From: an uncultured bacterium
GTDB taxonomy: Bacteria; Bacteroidota; Bacteroidia; Bacteroidales; Rikenellaceae
NCBI GenBank assembly: GCA_905214725.1
Contig: CAJMNH010000004.1
Location: 143,441-207,440, forward strand
DNA: 64,000 nucleotides
Reading direction: 5' to 3'
Numbering within the stretch: position 1 is the stretch's first letter; the number at the start of each line of letters is the position of its first letter. Below, one piece after another: positions 36,271 through 45,812 of this stretch. The position numbers and the translations under genes were made by a program. The notes beneath the pieces were generated by a model. That model was not told the DNA's origin, did not search any database, and saw only the letters and a list, made by a program, of their open reading frames with translations.

Positions 36271-38394
36271 TTATTTAGTCAGCCCCATCTTCTCGATGAG
36301 CGCCTTCGTTTCGGGCTTGTGACCGCGGAAATTGACATAGAGCTTCATCGGATGCTCGTGTCCGCCCTGCGTGAGAATGTTCTTACGGAACGAATCGGCC
36401 GCCGGACCGCCCAGAATACTGCCCGTCTCCTCGAAAGCCTTGAAAGCGTCGGCCTCCAGCACCTCGGCCCACTTGTAACCGTAGTAACCGGCCGCATAAC
36501 CGCCGGCGAAGATGTGCGTAAAGGCCGGATTCATCGCCGTGCCGTCCACCGCGGGCAGCACCTGCGCGGGAGCCATCGACTGCTTCTCGAAAGCCTCGAC
36601 GTCGCCCGTGAACGGCTCTTTGAGCGTATGCCATGCCATGTCGGTCAGGCCGAACGACAATTGGCGCACGTTGGCGTAAGCAGCCAAGTAGTTCTTCGCG
36701 GCGACGATCTTCCCGATCAGTTCGGCCGGCATCTTCTCGCCCGTCTCATAGTGCTCGGCCCACAGATCGAGCCACGGCTTCTCGGTGGCCCAGTTCTCCA
36801 TGATCTGCGACGGCAGCTCCACGAAATCGCGGTAGACGTTCGTACCGTTCAGAGACTCGTATTTACCCTGTCCCAGCATACCGTGCAGCGAGTGGCCGAA
36901 CTCGTGGAGGAAGGTCGTCACCTCGTCGAAAGTCAGCAGCGAAGGCTTCGTCTCGGTCGGCTTGGTGAAATTCATCACCAGCGACACCAGCGGGCGCGTC
37001 TCCGCCTCCTCGACCACTTTCGAACCGCGGAACTCGGTCATCCATGCGCCGGCACGCTTCGAGGCGCGGGGGAAGAAATCCAGATAGAGCACCGCCACGA
37101 AATCGCCCTTCGCATCGGTCACCTCGTAGGCGGTTACGTCGGGGTGGTAAACGGCGATGTCGTCGCGCTTGGCGAAGTTCAACCCGTAGAGTCTGTTGGC
37201 CAACAGGAAAACGCCCTTCTTCACCTTCTCCAGTTCGAAGTAAGGCTTCACCTGCTCGTCGCTCAGCGCGTATTTCTCATTTTTATACTTCTCGGTATAG
37301 TACGACCAGTCCCACGGCATCACATCGCCCTTGAAGCCCTGCGCATGCGCATAGTCGTCGATCATCTTGTAGTCGGCCTTCGCATAATCGATCGTCTCGT
37401 CGAGCAGCTCTTGCAGGAAGGCGTTCACCGTAGCGGTATTCTCGGCCATGCGCTCCTCGAGCACATAATCGGCATAGGTTTCATACCCCAGCAGACCTGC
37501 GATCTGACGGCGCAGATCGACGATGCGGCGGATGTTCCCGCAGTTGTCGAACTCGCCGCCCAACGCACGCGCATTCGAAGCGCGCCACAACTTCTCCTTC
37601 GCTTCGCGATCCGACGAATAAGTCATAAAGGGGACATAGCTCGGATACTGCAACGTCACCGTCCATCCCTTCTCGCCGCGAGCCTTGGCTTCGGCAGCCA
37701 TTCCCTCCTTTACGAAGTCGGGCAACTCCTCGACCCGCTTGGGATCGGTGATATTGAGCGTGAAGGCATTGGTCGCAGCCAACGAATTCTGGCCGAATTT
37801 GAGCGTCATCTCGCCCAATTCGGTCGTATACTGACGGTACAACTCCTGCTTGTCGGCCGGAAGCGCCGCGCCGTTGCGGGCGAAGCCCTTGTAAGTCTTC
37901 TCCAGCAGGCGCTTGTCCTCCTTCGAAAGGAACCAGCCCGGATTCTCATACACGGCCTTCACGCGGGCGAACAGCTCGGGATCGAGCGATATATCGTTCC
38001 CCAGCGCCGTCAATTTGGGCTGTACGTCGAGAGCGATACGCTGCATCTCATCGTTGGAATCGGCCTCGAGCAAGTTGTAGAACAGCCCCTCGATGCGCGA
38101 GAGCAGTTCGCCGGAACGTTCCAACGCCACGATCGTATTGTTGAACGTCGGTTTGGCGGGATTCTTCACGATAGCGTCGATCTCGGCCCGCTGCACGGCG
38201 ATGGCCGCATCGAACGCAGGTTCGTAATCCGACAGTTTGATCTCCGCAAAAGGCGGCGTGGCGTGAGGCGTATCCCACTCGGCCAACAGCGGATTCGAGG
38301 TGTCGATCTCAGGCAGGATGGCCACGGGCATCGTGCGATCCGCACATCCGGCCACCAAAAGTGTCAATGACATAAACGACAGGATTTTTTTCAT
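36271..38394 (-). CDS. M3 family metallopeptidase (peptidyl-dipeptidase Dcp-like), lipoprotein signal
   Basis: 707 aa. HEFGHSLH zinc motif. Signal MKKILSFMSLTLLVAGC. Confidence 0.88.
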   Translation of the reverse strand: MKKILSFMSLTLLVAGCADRTMPVAILPEIDTSNPLLAEWDTPHATPPFAEIKLSDYEPAFDAAIAVQRAEIDAIVKNPAKPTFNNTIVALERSGELLSRIEGLFYNLLEADSNDEMQRIALDVQPKLTALGNDISLDPELFARVKAVYENPGWFLSKEDKRLLEKTYKGFARNGAALPADKQELYRQYTTELGEMTLKFGQNSLAATNAFTLNITDPKRVEELPDFVKEGMAAEAKARGEKGWTVTLQYPSYVPFMTYSSDREAKEKLWRASNARALGGEFDNCGNIRRIVDLRRQIAGLLGYETYADYVLEERMAENTATVNAFLQELLDETIDYAKADYKMIDDYAHAQGFKGDVMPWDWSYYTEKYKNEKYALSDEQVKPYFELEKVKKGVFLLANRLYGLNFAKRDDIAVYHPDVTAYEVTDAKGDFVAVLYLDFFPRASKRAGAWMTEFRGSKVVEEAETRPLVSLVMNFTKPTETKPSLLTFDEVTTFLHEFGHSLHGMLGQGKYESLNGTNVYRDFVELPSQIMENWATEKPWLDLWAEHYETGEKMPAELIGKIVAAKNYLAAYANVRQLSFGLTDMAWHTLKEPFTGDVEAFEKQSMAPAQVLPAVDGTAMNPAFTHIFAGGYAAGYYGYKWAEVLEADAFKAFEETGSILGGPAADSFRKNILTQGGHEHPMKLYVNFRGHKPETKALIEKMGLTK

Positions 38395-38403
38395 TGTAAC
38401 GGT

Positions 38404-40626
38404 TTATTTGAGGTTTTCTTGTCTATCGCGCAGTTTGAGCTGATTCGCAGGAGGCATGAGCGTCCGCTCCATGACGGGCGGTTTCACCGTCAAACTGTCG
38501 GGCTCCGGTTCCGGTTCGACCCAGAAGCCGCAGGCCTTCAATAAGGGTTCCTTGTCAGGATCTTTGCCGCGGAAATCGCGGTAAAGCGTCATGCCGTCGG
38601 CTTCGCCGCCGCGGCTGAGCAGCTTTTCACGGAATGCGCGGGCGATCTTCTTGTTGAAGATATCGCCGCTGCTGCGAAATGCCTCGTAGGCATCCTTGTC
38701 GAGCACCTGCGCCCAAATGTAAAAGTAGTAGCCCGCCGAATAGCCGCCGTCGAAGATATGGCTGAAATAGGGATAACGATAACGCGGTTCGATCTGCGGG
38801 ATCAGCCCCCGCTTGGTGTAAAGCGCCTCGCGCTCGAACGCATTGACGTCGAACGGTTCGTATGCTTTCTGCGAATGAATGTCCATGTCCGACAAGGCAG
38901 CGGCCAACAGTTCGGTCATCTCGAAACCTTGATTGAACTGTGCGCTGCGGCGGATCTTCTGCATGAGCGTCGCAGGTATCTTATCATTGGTACGGTAATG
39001 CAACGCATACTGCTCCAACATTTCGGGTTCGGTCGCCCAATTCTCCATCACTTGCGACGGCAGCTCCACGAAATCGCCCTCGACATCCGCCAGTCCGCGA
39101 TACTTCACCTTGCGGAACAGACTGTGCAGCGCATGGCCGAACTCGTGGAAGAGGGTCTTCGTCTCGTCGAGATTGAGCAGCGTCGGCGTCGAACGGGTCG
39201 GACGGGCATAGTTGGTCACCACCCCCACGACGGGCGCCACGCGTTCGTCGCCCACGTAATATTGCTCGGTGAAGTTTCCGCACCATGCGCCGCCGCTCTT
39301 TCCCTCACGCACATAGTAATCGAAATAGAGCACGCCCAGATGGCTCTCGTCCTCGTCGAGCACTTCGTAAACGAGGCAGTCGGGATTGTACAACGGCGCC
39401 ACGATGGGTCGGAAGGTGACTCCGTAAAGCCGGTTGGCCAGAAAAAAGATGCCGCCCTGCACGTTTTCGAGCGTGAAATAGGGTCGCAGCGCCTCGTCGT
39501 CGAGCGCATAGTCGCGGCGGCGCACCTTCTCTGCATAGTACCACCAGTCCCACGGTTCGAACGTAGCCTCCGGTTCGTCGGCATGCAACAGCTCCTCCAT
39601 CGCCGCCAACTCCTCCTTCGCCCGACCGAGCGCCGGCGTCCATATCTCGTCCAACAACGCATAGACCGCTTCTGGCGTCGCGGCCATCTGATCCGAAATC
39701 ACATAGTCGGCATAGGATTCATACCCCAGCAGATGCGCCTTTTCGGTGCGCAGCCGGATGTAATCGTTCACCAGCGTCTTGTTGTCGTACGCATCGTCGT
39801 TGTTACAGCGATTCAGGTACGCCGTATAGAGTTGTTCGCGCAGTTTGCGATTCTTGGCATAGCTCAGGAAGGGCAACATGCTGGGTTTGTGAAGCGTGAA
39901 TACATAGTATTTGTCACCGAGCTCCAACTCGCGCGCCTTCTCCCGCGCCGCCTCGCGTACGGCGGTGGGCAGTCCGTCCAACTGATCTGCGGTCAGTTCC
40001 AATCGGAACGCATCGTTATCCGCCAACAGGTTGTTGCCGTATTTCACCGACAACCGAGACAATTCGCCGTTGATCTCTTTGAGCCGGCTCTTACCCGTCT
40101 CGTCGAGCAGGGCGCCCGAACGAACGAATTCGCGGTAAAGCTTCTCCGTCAGACGCCGTTGTTCCGCCGTCAGCGGCAATGCGTCACGATGGTCGTAAAC
40201 GGCCTTGATCCGGTCGAACAGCCGCTCGTTCATACGGATTTCGTCGGCATGAGCCGCCAGCAGCGGCATCGCCTCCTCCTCGACGGCCTGCATTTCAGGC
40301 GTGGCGTCCGAGTCCGTAAGCATCTCGAAGATCAGCGCCGTGCGCTGCAACATCCGCCCCGCCCCGTCGTAGGCCAAGATCGTATTCTCGAAAGTAGGAG
40401 CGTCCGACTCGCCGACGATGGCGTCGATTTCTGCGTTATGGAGCGACATTCCCCGCTCGAAGGCCGGCAGGAAATGTTCGGGCCTGATCCGATCGAAAGG
40501 AGGCACACCGTAGGGCGTCGTCCACTCCTCGAAGAAAGGATTGGGCGTCTGGACCGGTTTATTCCGGCACGCGAAGAGTGTCATGGCTGCACAAATTGTT
40601 AATAAGAATCCGATGAAACGTCCCAT
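38404..40626 (-). CDS. M3 family metallopeptidase (Dcp-like), tandem paralog
   Basis: The track start at 40656 is TTG inside the promoter. The ATG at 40626 gives MGRFIGFLLTICAAMTLFAC. HEFGHALH zinc motif. Confidence 0.85.
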   Translation of the reverse strand: MGRFIGFLLTICAAMTLFACRNKPVQTPNPFFEEWTTPYGVPPFDRIRPEHFLPAFERGMSLHNAEIDAIVGESDAPTFENTILAYDGAGRMLQRTALIFEMLTDSDATPEMQAVEEEAMPLLAAHADEIRMNERLFDRIKAVYDHRDALPLTAEQRRLTEKLYREFVRSGALLDETGKSRLKEINGELSRLSVKYGNNLLADNDAFRLELTADQLDGLPTAVREAAREKARELELGDKYYVFTLHKPSMLPFLSYAKNRKLREQLYTAYLNRCNNDDAYDNKTLVNDYIRLRTEKAHLLGYESYADYVISDQMAATPEAVYALLDEIWTPALGRAKEELAAMEELLHADEPEATFEPWDWWYYAEKVRRRDYALDDEALRPYFTLENVQGGIFFLANRLYGVTFRPIVAPLYNPDCLVYEVLDEDESHLGVLYFDYYVREGKSGGAWCGNFTEQYYVGDERVAPVVGVVTNYARPTRSTPTLLNLDETKTLFHEFGHALHSLFRKVKYRGLADVEGDFVELPSQVMENWATEPEMLEQYALHYRTNDKIPATLMQKIRRSAQFNQGFEMTELLAAALSDMDIHSQKAYEPFDVNAFEREALYTKRGLIPQIEPRYRYPYFSHIFDGGYSAGYYFYIWAQVLDKDAYEAFRSSGDIFNKKIARAFREKLLSRGGEADGMTLYRDFRGKDPDKEPLLKACGFWVEPEPEPDSLTVKPPVMERTLMPPANQLKLRDRQENLK

Positions 40627-40643
40627 GTGATTGGCAATCTTTT

Positions 40644-40663
40644 TATAACTTTGCAAAGTTATA
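40644..40663. promoter_or_regulatory. 20-bp perfect palindrome TATAACTTTGCAAAGTTATA holding two back-to-back -7 boxes (TAACTTTG on each strand)
   Basis: The plus box at 40646-40653 is 26 nt before the rsmE ATG. The minus box at 40654-40661 is 28 nt before the M3 peptidase ATG. Confidence 0.55.
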
Positions 40664-40678
40664 AATTATTACACAGCC

Positions 40679-41404
40679 ATGCAACTATTTTACGCACCCG
40701 ATCTCACGCCGCCCCTCTACACGCTGGGCGAGGAGGAGTCGAAGCACTGCATCCGCGTACTGCGGCTCAGGCGGGGCGACACGCTCCACCTGACCGACGG
40801 GCGGGGAACGCTCCACCGGTGCGAAATCATGGACGACAACGCCAAACGCTGCACGGTGCGCGTCGTGGAGAGCACCACCGAATTCGAGCGCATGCCCTAC
40901 CGTCTGACGATGGCCGTCGCCCCCACGAAGAATATCGAACGTTTCGAGTGGTTTCTCGAAAAGGCGACCGAGGTAGGCGTAAGCGAAATCGTCCCGATCC
41001 TGTGCGACCGCTCGGAACGCCGCGCGCTGAAAGTCGAACGCGAAGAACGCGTCGTCACGGCCGCCATGAAACAGTCGCTCAAAGCCTATTGTCCTACGCT
41101 GCGCCCGCTCACTCCGCTGGCCGGACTGTTGGCGGAACCGTTCGACGGACGGCGGTTCATCGCCCATTGCGACACGCCGCGTTCGGCGAAACGCTATCTG
41201 TTCGATACGCTCCGGTCGGCTGAAAATCTGTTGGTGCTCATCGGCCCCGAAGGCGACTTCTCGCCCGCAGAGATCGACGCTGCGCTGGCCGCCGGTTTCG
41301 AGGAGATCACCCTCGGCCGTCAGCGGCTGCGCACCGAAACGGCCGCCGTCGTCGCGACGGTCATGGCCGCCACACGGAATCACACGCCCGAAGAGACCGC
41401 ATAA
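40679..41404 (+). CDS. rsmE: 16S rRNA (uracil1498-N3)-methyltransferase RsmE
   Basis: 241 aa. MQLFYAP...HCIRVLRLRRGD N-terminal PUA-like region and C-terminal SPOUT knot (LIGPEGDFSPAE). Confidence 0.85.
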   Translation: MQLFYAPDLTPPLYTLGEEESKHCIRVLRLRRGDTLHLTDGRGTLHRCEIMDDNAKRCTVRVVESTTEFERMPYRLTMAVAPTKNIERFEWFLEKATEVGVSEIVPILCDRSERRALKVEREERVVTAAMKQSLKAYCPTLRPLTPLAGLLAEPFDGRRFIAHCDTPRSAKRYLFDTLRSAENLLVLIGPEGDFSPAEIDAALAAGFEEITLGRQRLRTETAAVVATVMAATRNHTPEETA

Positions 41405-41531
41405 CCCATGCCGACCGCCGCTTTTATCCTGCCGACCGTAACGGGCGCCGCCTTTTTTACCGGCGCCCCATGCAGTAAAGCGCAGGTCGTATCGACATGC
41501 GTCGCCCCGCTTCGAAAAAGACTACGCTGAT

Positions 41532-42074
41532 ATGACATCCCTATTCACCCTTTTCCGGTCGTTCTTCAAGATCGGGCTCTTCACCTTCGGCGGCGGCTAC
41601 GCCATGATTCCGCTTATCGAAGCGGAGATCATCAACCGCCGGGGCTGGCTCGCCCGCGATGAATTTCTGGAGTTGCTGACGCTCGCGCAATCGGCTCCCG
41701 GCCCTATCGCCATCAATACGTCGGTTTTTATCGGCTACAAAGTGCGCGGCATCCCGGGAGCGGCGGCGGCCGTCTGCGGCGCCGTACTTCCGTCGTTCGC
41801 GATTATTCTGGTCATCGCGATCTTCTTCGCCGAAGTTCGCAACAACGTGGTCGTGGACGCCGCATTCAAGGGGATGCGGCCGGCCGTCGTGGCATTGATC
41901 GTCGTCCCGACGATCTCGCTGGCGCGCGGCATGCATCCGGCGCTGATCGTCGTAGCCGTCGCCACGGCGTTGGCCGTCTGGTGGTTCGGATTCTCTCCGA
42001 TCTGGCTGATCGTCGCCGGCGCGGCGGCCGGTATTCTGTGGTCTGTGAAACTCGGAAAGGAGGTGCGGCGATGA
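41532..42074 (+). CDS. Chromate transporter family protein (short CHR, first half-size subunit)
   Basis: 180 aa. FKIGLFTFGGGYAMIPL CHR signature. Confidence 0.8.
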   Translation: MTSLFTLFRSFFKIGLFTFGGGYAMIPLIEAEIINRRGWLARDEFLELLTLAQSAPGPIAINTSVFIGYKVRGIPGAAAAVCGAVLPSFAIILVIAIFFAEVRNNVVVDAAFKGMRPAVVALIVVPTISLARGMHPALIVVAVATALAVWWFGFSPIWLIVAGAAAGILWSVKLGKEVRR

Positions 42075-42649
42075 TCTACCTGCAACTCTTCATCAGCTAC
42101 CTGAAAATCGGATTCTTCGGATTCGGAGGCGGCTATGCGATGTTGTCGCTTATCCAGAACGAAGTCGTCGTACAGCACGCGTGGATGACCAACACCACCT
42201 TTACGGACATCGTGGCCATCTCACAGATGACGCCCGGGCCGATCGCCATCAATTCGGCAACTTACGTCGGTTATACCGTCGGCTGTCAGGTGGGAGCGGG
42301 TTGCTGGTGCGGCATTCTGGGTTCGGTCATCGCCACGTTCGCCGTCTGCCTGCCGTCGCTGACGGTGATGCTGCTGCTGACACGTTTTTACCTGAAACTC
42401 AAAGGGAATAAATACATCGAAGGCGCGATGGCCGGCATGAAACCCGTCGTCATCGGCATGATCGCAGCAGCGGCCCTGCTGCTGATCTTCCCCAAGACGG
42501 ACGAAGGCGCGAGCTTCATCGACGGGTGGAGCTGGCTGTTGTTCGCCCTCTGTTTCGTGGGAGCGGCACGCAAGCTGAACCCCATTCTTCTGATCGTTCT
42601 TTCGGCCGTAGCGGGCATCGCCATCTACTACGTCCCGACGGTCATCTGA
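42071..42649 (+). CDS. Chromate transporter family protein (short CHR, second half-size subunit)
   Basis: The ATG at 42071 overlaps the upstream stop (ATGA). LKIGFFGFGGGYAMLSL signature. The track start at 41981 is an upstream extension. Confidence 0.8.
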   Translation: MIYLQLFISYLKIGFFGFGGGYAMLSLIQNEVVVQHAWMTNTTFTDIVAISQMTPGPIAINSATYVGYTVGCQVGAGCWCGILGSVIATFAVCLPSLTVMLLLTRFYLKLKGNKYIEGAMAGMKPVVIGMIAAAALLLIFPKTDEGASFIDGWSWLLFALCFVGAARKLNPILLIVLSAVAGIAIYYVPTVI

Positions 42650-42651
42650 CC

Positions 42652-42939
42652 TTACATGGCCACCATCATCCCGCCGGCAAGCAGCAGGAAGAAGAAAATC
42701 ACGAGAAACAGCAATCCGAGGATGCCGAACAGCGTCCCGATGCAGCCCAACCCGCGATCCGTTCCGGCGGGCAGCGGATCCGATATCAGTGTGATAAGCA
42801 GTCCGATAAGCGGCGTAAGGATCAGGCTGACCAGAAAAGCCCAGCCGAAACCGATACGGCGTTTGCTGCCGACGATGCCGACCAGCACCGAAAGGAAACA
42901 GCCCGACATCAGGCCGAAAAAGAGCGCGAACAGTGACAT
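42652..42939 (-). CDS. Hypothetical small membrane protein (95 aa)
   Basis: Three hydrophobic segments. 15 nt downstream of the methyltransferase gene on the same strand. Confidence 0.5.
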   Translation of the reverse strand: MSLFALFFGLMSGCFLSVLVGIVGSKRRIGFGWAFLVSLILTPLIGLLITLISDPLPAGTDRGLGCIGTLFGILGLLFLVIFFFLLLAGGMMVAM

Positions 42940-42954
42940 AAGCTATCTGTTAAG

Positions 42955-43860
42955 TTATCTGACAAACCGGTAATAGACTCCCAGCGGCAGTTGTTTGGCG
43001 AAAGCATCCTCGAAATAGAGTTCGCCGTATTGTTCCTCCGACGGCGCGCCGAACGCCTGCCGCACGGCCGTACGGGCCAGCATCGCCGAGAGCCCCATCG
43101 AATAGAGATTGAGCACCAGAAAAGCCCCCTCGTCGGACGAAAACAGCTGCGCGCAGCAGGCCAGCATTTCGCCGATATGCTCCTCCAAGATCCATTTTTC
43201 GCCGTCGGCGCCGCGCCCGTAAGCGGGCGGATCGAGCACGATGGCGTCGTAACGACTCCCGCGCCGCACCTCGCGCCGCACGAATTTCAGCGCGTCCTCC
43301 ACGATCCAGCGCACGCCGTCCAGCCCGCTCAGTTCCATATTCTCGCGGGCCCACGTCACCACTTGTTTCACCGAATCGACGTGCGTAGCTTCGGCTCCGG
43401 CGGCGCGCGCCGCCAGCGTCGCCCCGCCCGTATAGGCAAAGAGATTCAGCAGACGCGGTTTCCGTCCCGCAGCCGCCAACGCACGGCAACGGTCGTAGAT
43501 AAAATTCCAGTTGGCGGCCTGTTCGGGAAAAATGCCCACGTGTTTGAACGAAGTCAGCCCCATGCGCATCCGCAGGCGCATCTCCTCATAATCATAGGCC
43601 ACGACCCATCGGTCGGGCGTCTGCGGTTTGAGCCGCCACTCGCCCCGTTCGTCGCTGCGGGCGTCGCGCAAAAACGCCGCATCGGCACGCTGCCGCCACG
43701 CCTCTTCCGGCAGCGAACGATGCCAGATCGCCTGCGGCTCGGGCCGGCGGGTGACATAGCGTCCGAACCGTTCGAGTTTCTCGAAATCGCCCGAATCGAG
43801 CAGTTCGTACTCCTTCAGCACGGGGGTAAGCGAAGTATTCATCCGAATGTTATTTTTCAT
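42955..43860 (-). CDS. Class I SAM-dependent (RlmI/RlmK-like) methyltransferase
   Basis: 301 aa. LNLFAYTGGATLAAA SAM-binding motif and VLDPPAYGRG catalytic motif. The start may be the ATG at 43842. Confidence 0.8.
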   Translation of the reverse strand: MKNNIRMNTSLTPVLKEYELLDSGDFEKLERFGRYVTRRPEPQAIWHRSLPEEAWRQRADAAFLRDARSDERGEWRLKPQTPDRWVVAYDYEEMRLRMRMGLTSFKHVGIFPEQAANWNFIYDRCRALAAAGRKPRLLNLFAYTGGATLAARAAGAEATHVDSVKQVVTWARENMELSGLDGVRWIVEDALKFVRREVRRGSRYDAIVLDPPAYGRGADGEKWILEEHIGEMLACCAQLFSSDEGAFLVLNLYSMGLSAMLARTAVRQAFGAPSEEQYGELYFEDAFAKQLPLGVYYRFVR

Positions 43861-45646
43861 CTATCAAACTCATTTCGCAATGCACGCAGTCGAACGCCAG
43901 CCGATAACGCTTCGTTCCGCGCACCAGAAAGAGATCGTCCCGCAGGCGCGAACCTTCACGCAGGCACTCGCCGATTTCACGGCGAATGCAGTACGCCGAC
44001 CGCATCACCCGCCGCCCGACCGTCGCGGCGGACAAGTCGAGTCCCGACTCTATTCGCGCCACGCCGTGATCGCGGTAAAATTGCTCCGCCAGTCGGTTGG
44101 TGACGTTCCCTTCGGCCGAAAGCTCCGTCGCAGGATAAGGCGCATGCTGATCTTCGGGGAGAATACGGCGCTCGGGAACCCGCGCAATGCGCAACCGGCG
44201 TAACTCTTCCAGCGCTTCACGCCGCAACGCTCCGGCCAACGACACGGGAACGAACCGGTCGGCGCCCGCCACCTCGACCCGCCGCACCTCGAAAGGCGTA
44301 TCGCCGCTCTTGGCGGCCTGCATCCGCAACAGATCGGCCATTTTTACGGGATCGCCCGCCGGCTCGAACGTTCCTTCGCGCGAAACCTCGGCCGTTATCC
44401 CCTCGCAATCGGCATACCGAAACGTCACCCTGTCGGACGCAACCGTCACGCAGGCCGTCGCAGGGATGACGCGCCGCATCCGGCTGCGTTCGAGCTGCAA
44501 GCGGAACCGGTTGTCCAGATTGCGGCAGACCGCCGCGCCGGAACGAACCGACTCCGGCATCCGGTTGGGCACGATGCGACGGCCCTCGACCGAATTGACG
44601 TTCGCGCCGTCGGCGCCGATGCAGATGCCGTCGCCCGGAGCGAGCGAGACTGTGCGGTCGAGCGTAAAACCGCGGGCGTCGCATGCGGCCACCCGTCCCA
44701 CGAACTCTCCGACCGACTTGGGTGTGTCGAACGACGCTACGCCCGCCGTGCGTCCCGCAAAGAAATACTCCGACTCGCCGCGCGTAAAACTCTTCGACGG
44801 ATCGGGCGTAAAATCGAGCCGCGTCTCACCGACCGACGCCCGACAGCAATCCCCGCGCGAAGCGATCGCCTCGTCCAACCGCTGCCGGTAATAGGCCACC
44901 ACATTGCGGATGTAACCTTCGTCCTTGAGCCGCCCCTCGATTTTGAACGAAGTGACCCCCGCGTCGATCAACGCGCCCAACCGATCCGCGAGATTGAGGT
45001 CGCGCACCGAAAGCAGATGCTTGCCGCGGATAATCCGCCGGCCGGAAGCGTCTTCCAGATCGTAGCTCAGACGGCATGGCTGGCTGCACTCGCCCCGATT
45101 GCCGCTGCGCGCCGACATCGACCGCGACAGGTAACATTGGCCGCTGTATCCCACGCAAATCGCGCCGTGGACGAAGCATTCGACCTCGGCGGTCGTTGCA
45201 CGGCAGATCGAGCGAATCTCGTCGAACGACAGCGCTCGTTCCAGAATCACGCGCGCAAAACCGCAACGCGCCAGAAAAGCCGCTTGTTCGGGCGTACGGA
45301 TCGCCGTCTGTGTCGATGCGTGCAGTTCGACGGGCAGCGACATCCGCCGCAATGCCATATCCTGCACGATCAGGGCGTCGATCCCCGCCGCAATCAACTC
45401 GCGGGCCTGCCGCTGGGCAGCGGCCAACTCATCGTCGTAAAGCAGCGTATTGAGCGTAGCGTGCACCCGCACGCCGTAAAGATGCGCGTATTCCACGACC
45501 CGCCGAATGTCGTCGGCCGAATTTGCGGCCGCATGACGCGCGCCGAACCGCGCGCCGCCGATGTAGATCGCATCGGCGCCGGCGTCGACGGCAGCAACCG
45601 CCGAAGCATAGTTCCGCGCAGGAGCCAGCAGTTCGAGTCGTTTCAT
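43850..45646 (-). CDS. U32 family protein (annotated peptidase; RlhA/TrhP-type RNA hydroxylase family)
   Basis: Start trimmed to MKRLELLAPARNYASAVAAVDAGADAIYIGG (ATG at 45646). Cys-rich ECFVHGAICVGYSGQCYLS segment typical of U32. Confidence 0.82.
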   Translation of the reverse strand: MKRLELLAPARNYASAVAAVDAGADAIYIGGARFGARHAAANSADDIRRVVEYAHLYGVRVHATLNTLLYDDELAAAQRQARELIAAGIDALIVQDMALRRMSLPVELHASTQTAIRTPEQAAFLARCGFARVILERALSFDEIRSICRATTAEVECFVHGAICVGYSGQCYLSRSMSARSGNRGECSQPCRLSYDLEDASGRRIIRGKHLLSVRDLNLADRLGALIDAGVTSFKIEGRLKDEGYIRNVVAYYRQRLDEAIASRGDCCRASVGETRLDFTPDPSKSFTRGESEYFFAGRTAGVASFDTPKSVGEFVGRVAACDARGFTLDRTVSLAPGDGICIGADGANVNSVEGRRIVPNRMPESVRSGAAVCRNLDNRFRLQLERSRMRRVIPATACVTVASDRVTFRYADCEGITAEVSREGTFEPAGDPVKMADLLRMQAAKSGDTPFEVRRVEVAGADRFVPVSLAGALRREALEELRRLRIARVPERRILPEDQHAPYPATELSAEGNVTNRLAEQFYRDHGVARIESGLDLSAATVGRRVMRSAYCIRREIGECLREGSRLRDDLFLVRGTKRYRLAFDCVHCEMSLIDEK

Positions 45647-45687
45647 TGTCAACAGAAATCCGCCGAAAAGACGGACGTTATCTGCGG

Positions 45688-45695
45688 CAAAGATA
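45688..45695 (-). promoter_or_regulatory. -7 promoter box TATCTTTG for the U32 operon
   Basis: Plus-strand caaagata, 42 nt upstream of the ATG at 45646. Confidence 0.5.
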
Positions 45696-45700
45696 ACGAA

Positions 45701-45734
45701 AAAAGCGGCGGTGCGTACTCGCACTGCCGCTTTT
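45701..45734. terminator. Bidirectional hairpin terminator closing the fimbrillin-like locus
   Basis: aaaagcggcggtgcg-tact-cgcactgccgctttt (one G-U pair), flanked by A- and T-tracts. A weaker hairpin gaggagc/gctcctc lies at 45757-45781. Confidence 0.6.
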
Positions 45735-45812
45735 CATTCCCGAACGGACAAAAAAAGAGGAGCCCCCTTGCTTAGCTCCTCGGAAACAACACACATGACA
45801 CCTTCCCGTCGG

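Noticed and set aside
36193-40602. Plus-strand ORFs 36193-38370 (725 aa) and 38758-40602 (614 aa)
   Set aside because: Antisense to the two M3 peptidase genes, which carry HEFGH motifs.
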